The position numbers and the translations under genes are program-made. Of a stretch of DNA of 64,000 bases, positions 62,228 to 64,000 are shown in pieces (the stretch's first letter is position 1; every line of letters starts with the position of its first letter). Under the pieces are notes generated by a model. It did not search any database and was not told the origin of the DNA. It was given only the letters and a program-made list of their open reading frames with translations. Source of the stretch: Saccostrea cucullata (Eukaryota); the NCBI RefSeq assembly GCF_032062105.1, contig NW_026935030.1, positions 62,001 to 126,000 of the forward strand, given 5' to 3'.

Positions 62228-62765
62228 AATGCCCCGTAATCGAAGATTTGGGTTTATATAGTTTTTGCCCAGTCCTTCTGTTTAACCGCAAAAACCTAAC
62301 CTTGTCCATACGTTCTGAGTGATTTTGGCTATGGCTTTCATATTTACAGGAGTATTTATTGTGGCAAGACCTTTCTTTGAGTACCACCATATTTGACCTT
62401 GTAACCTGGACCTTGAAGTTTGACCTAATTTTTTTAAATCTTTGACCTTTGCCATAACTTTTAAATAGTTACTAGTGTTAGGGCTTTTATACTTCAAATG
62501 TGTATTCATTATTATAAATCATTCCTTCGGATACCAACAATTTTGACCTTGACCCTGGAATTTAACCCACTTTAAAAAACGTTACCCTTGGCTATCACTT
62601 TTGTTAATACTAGGGCTTTTATATTTCACAAGTGTTTTCCTGGTGACAATACCTTTCTTTGGATACCAACAATTTTGACCTGGAATTAAAACTTGCATTT
62701 GAGAAACATCAACCCTTGCCATAAACTGCAATACGGAAGCAACACTGTTTCAAAAACACACGTCT
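62228..62765 (+). mobile_element. Decayed HINE with TGACCTTGACC-rich repeats
   Basis: atgcccc..cgaagatt.ggg start; repeated ataccaacaattttgacct and tagggcttttata units. Confidence 0.55.
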
Positions 62766-63232
62766 TTCTAGAAATATAATGTTACGATTCTATAAAGCTT
62801 TATTAACATGTGTGCACATAGCTTTATGAAATCTGGAAAAAAAAACTTTCTTATAACAAACCAAGAAAAAAAAAATCCGACAAAGGCTGGACGTAGAAAG
62901 CTTGTCATTTTATCTTCATTCTCTCCTAATTAACGATATCCTTGTGTAATGACAGTCTTTGACGATCGATTTTTGTAATCCCTCAAATTAGTTTTCTTTT
63001 TCCCTTGCATCGAATGATGTCTCAGGCCCTGAAGGCATTTTAAGCAGGATAATTTGATAAAAAGGAGCGGTCAGTCATCATGAAATTTAAAATATGCCAT
63101 TCATTTTCCCGTATAATCCTAAAAAATTATATTACCAGTAGAGGTTTGAGTACAAGAGCAACGTGTAAAACTCAAAGAATATATTGTCAAATGAAAGAAA
63201 GTTTTTGTTAAAGGAAATTTAGAGAAAAAAGG

Positions 63233-63660
63233 GAAACAAGATGTGTTTGTAAAACACTTAGGCCCCCGCAAGACAGCTTATTGCAAAGGTTGAAATTTCT
63301 CAAATGCAAGTCAAACTTCAACTTCAAGGTCAAAATTATTGATATCCAAAGAAAGGTCTCTAGGAATACACTTGTGGAATACGAAAGCCTTAGTACTAAC
63401 TGTTCTAAGTAACGGTCAAGGTTTTAAAAAAAAAAGTGGTTCAAACTCTAAGGTCAAGGTCAAAAATATTTATTCCAAAAGGTCTTGTCACAGTAAAGAC
63501 ACATGTGAAACATGAAACCTCTAGCAACAACTATTCAAGTATATAGCCAAGATTAAAGTTTGGATTTTTTTTTTTGTAAAAGTGGGTCAAACTCCAGTGT
63601 CAAGAAAAGGGGGTCAAATTTGATAATAAGGTCTCATAACAAGGAATACATCTGTACATA
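63233..63660 (-). mobile_element. Decayed HINE (opposite orientation) with AAGGTCAAGGTCA repeats
   Basis: aacaagatgtgtttgtaaaacac..gccccc (reverse complement of the 3' hairpin end) and repeated aaggtcaaaa..aaggtctt units. Confidence 0.55.
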
Positions 63661-64000
63661 AAACGTTCAAGATCGTTATGAAAATCTAGATGTAATGTAC
63701 TTTACACTTTATAAAATATATTTTTCAATTAAAAAAGTTTAGTTCTATATATCAAGATTTGCAGAAAATCTTCGGGTTTTAGAAAAAAGCATACTCTTAA
63801 AAAAAGGGGCAACAGTTAAATAAATTTAAGCTAAAGATTTGGACTTATGTGTACTTTGCAATCTACACGTAAGTAGTCGTCATTAAAAAAACTGTTGACG
63901 TAATACTCAAACTTCCAGATGGAATCTGCTGCTACACGTACATGTTGGTCTGTTAAGCCTCTCTAATATTTAGTACCTGTAGTTATTCATGAAATCGTTT

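Overview
This is AT-rich eukaryotic DNA. The repeat families (Cg170-like satellite inside Helentron-type elements, tRNA-derived Meta/V/CORE-type SINEs, a Naiad-type Penelope-like RT) suggest a bivalve, most likely an oyster; that assignment is inference. The window holds one protein-coding gene on the + strand, a BCL11A/B (CTIP) ortholog. It has three coding exons: 13964-14015 (NuRD-binding MSRRKQGRPQ), 31925-32317 (C2HC ZnF0) and 45515-47700 (ZnF1-6 and an acidic tract). Together they give 2631 nt, or 876 aa, across two phase-1 GT-AG introns of 17.9 and 13.2 kb, followed by a predicted 3'UTR of about 3.5 kb. The ~39 kb gene body is almost transposon-free, while both flanks are packed with nested transposons. 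The strongest observation is in the 3'UTR: eight TGCCAT cores, including three 8mer sites, match the miR-183/miR-263 seed. One of them (50303-50321) also pairs perfectly to miRNA nt 13-20, which resembles a target-directed miRNA degradation (TDMD) trigger. Other highlights are clusters of TGACCA/AGGTCA motifs (BCL11's own site and nuclear-receptor direct repeats), an overlapping uORF, and RFX X-box arrays carried by flanking transposons.
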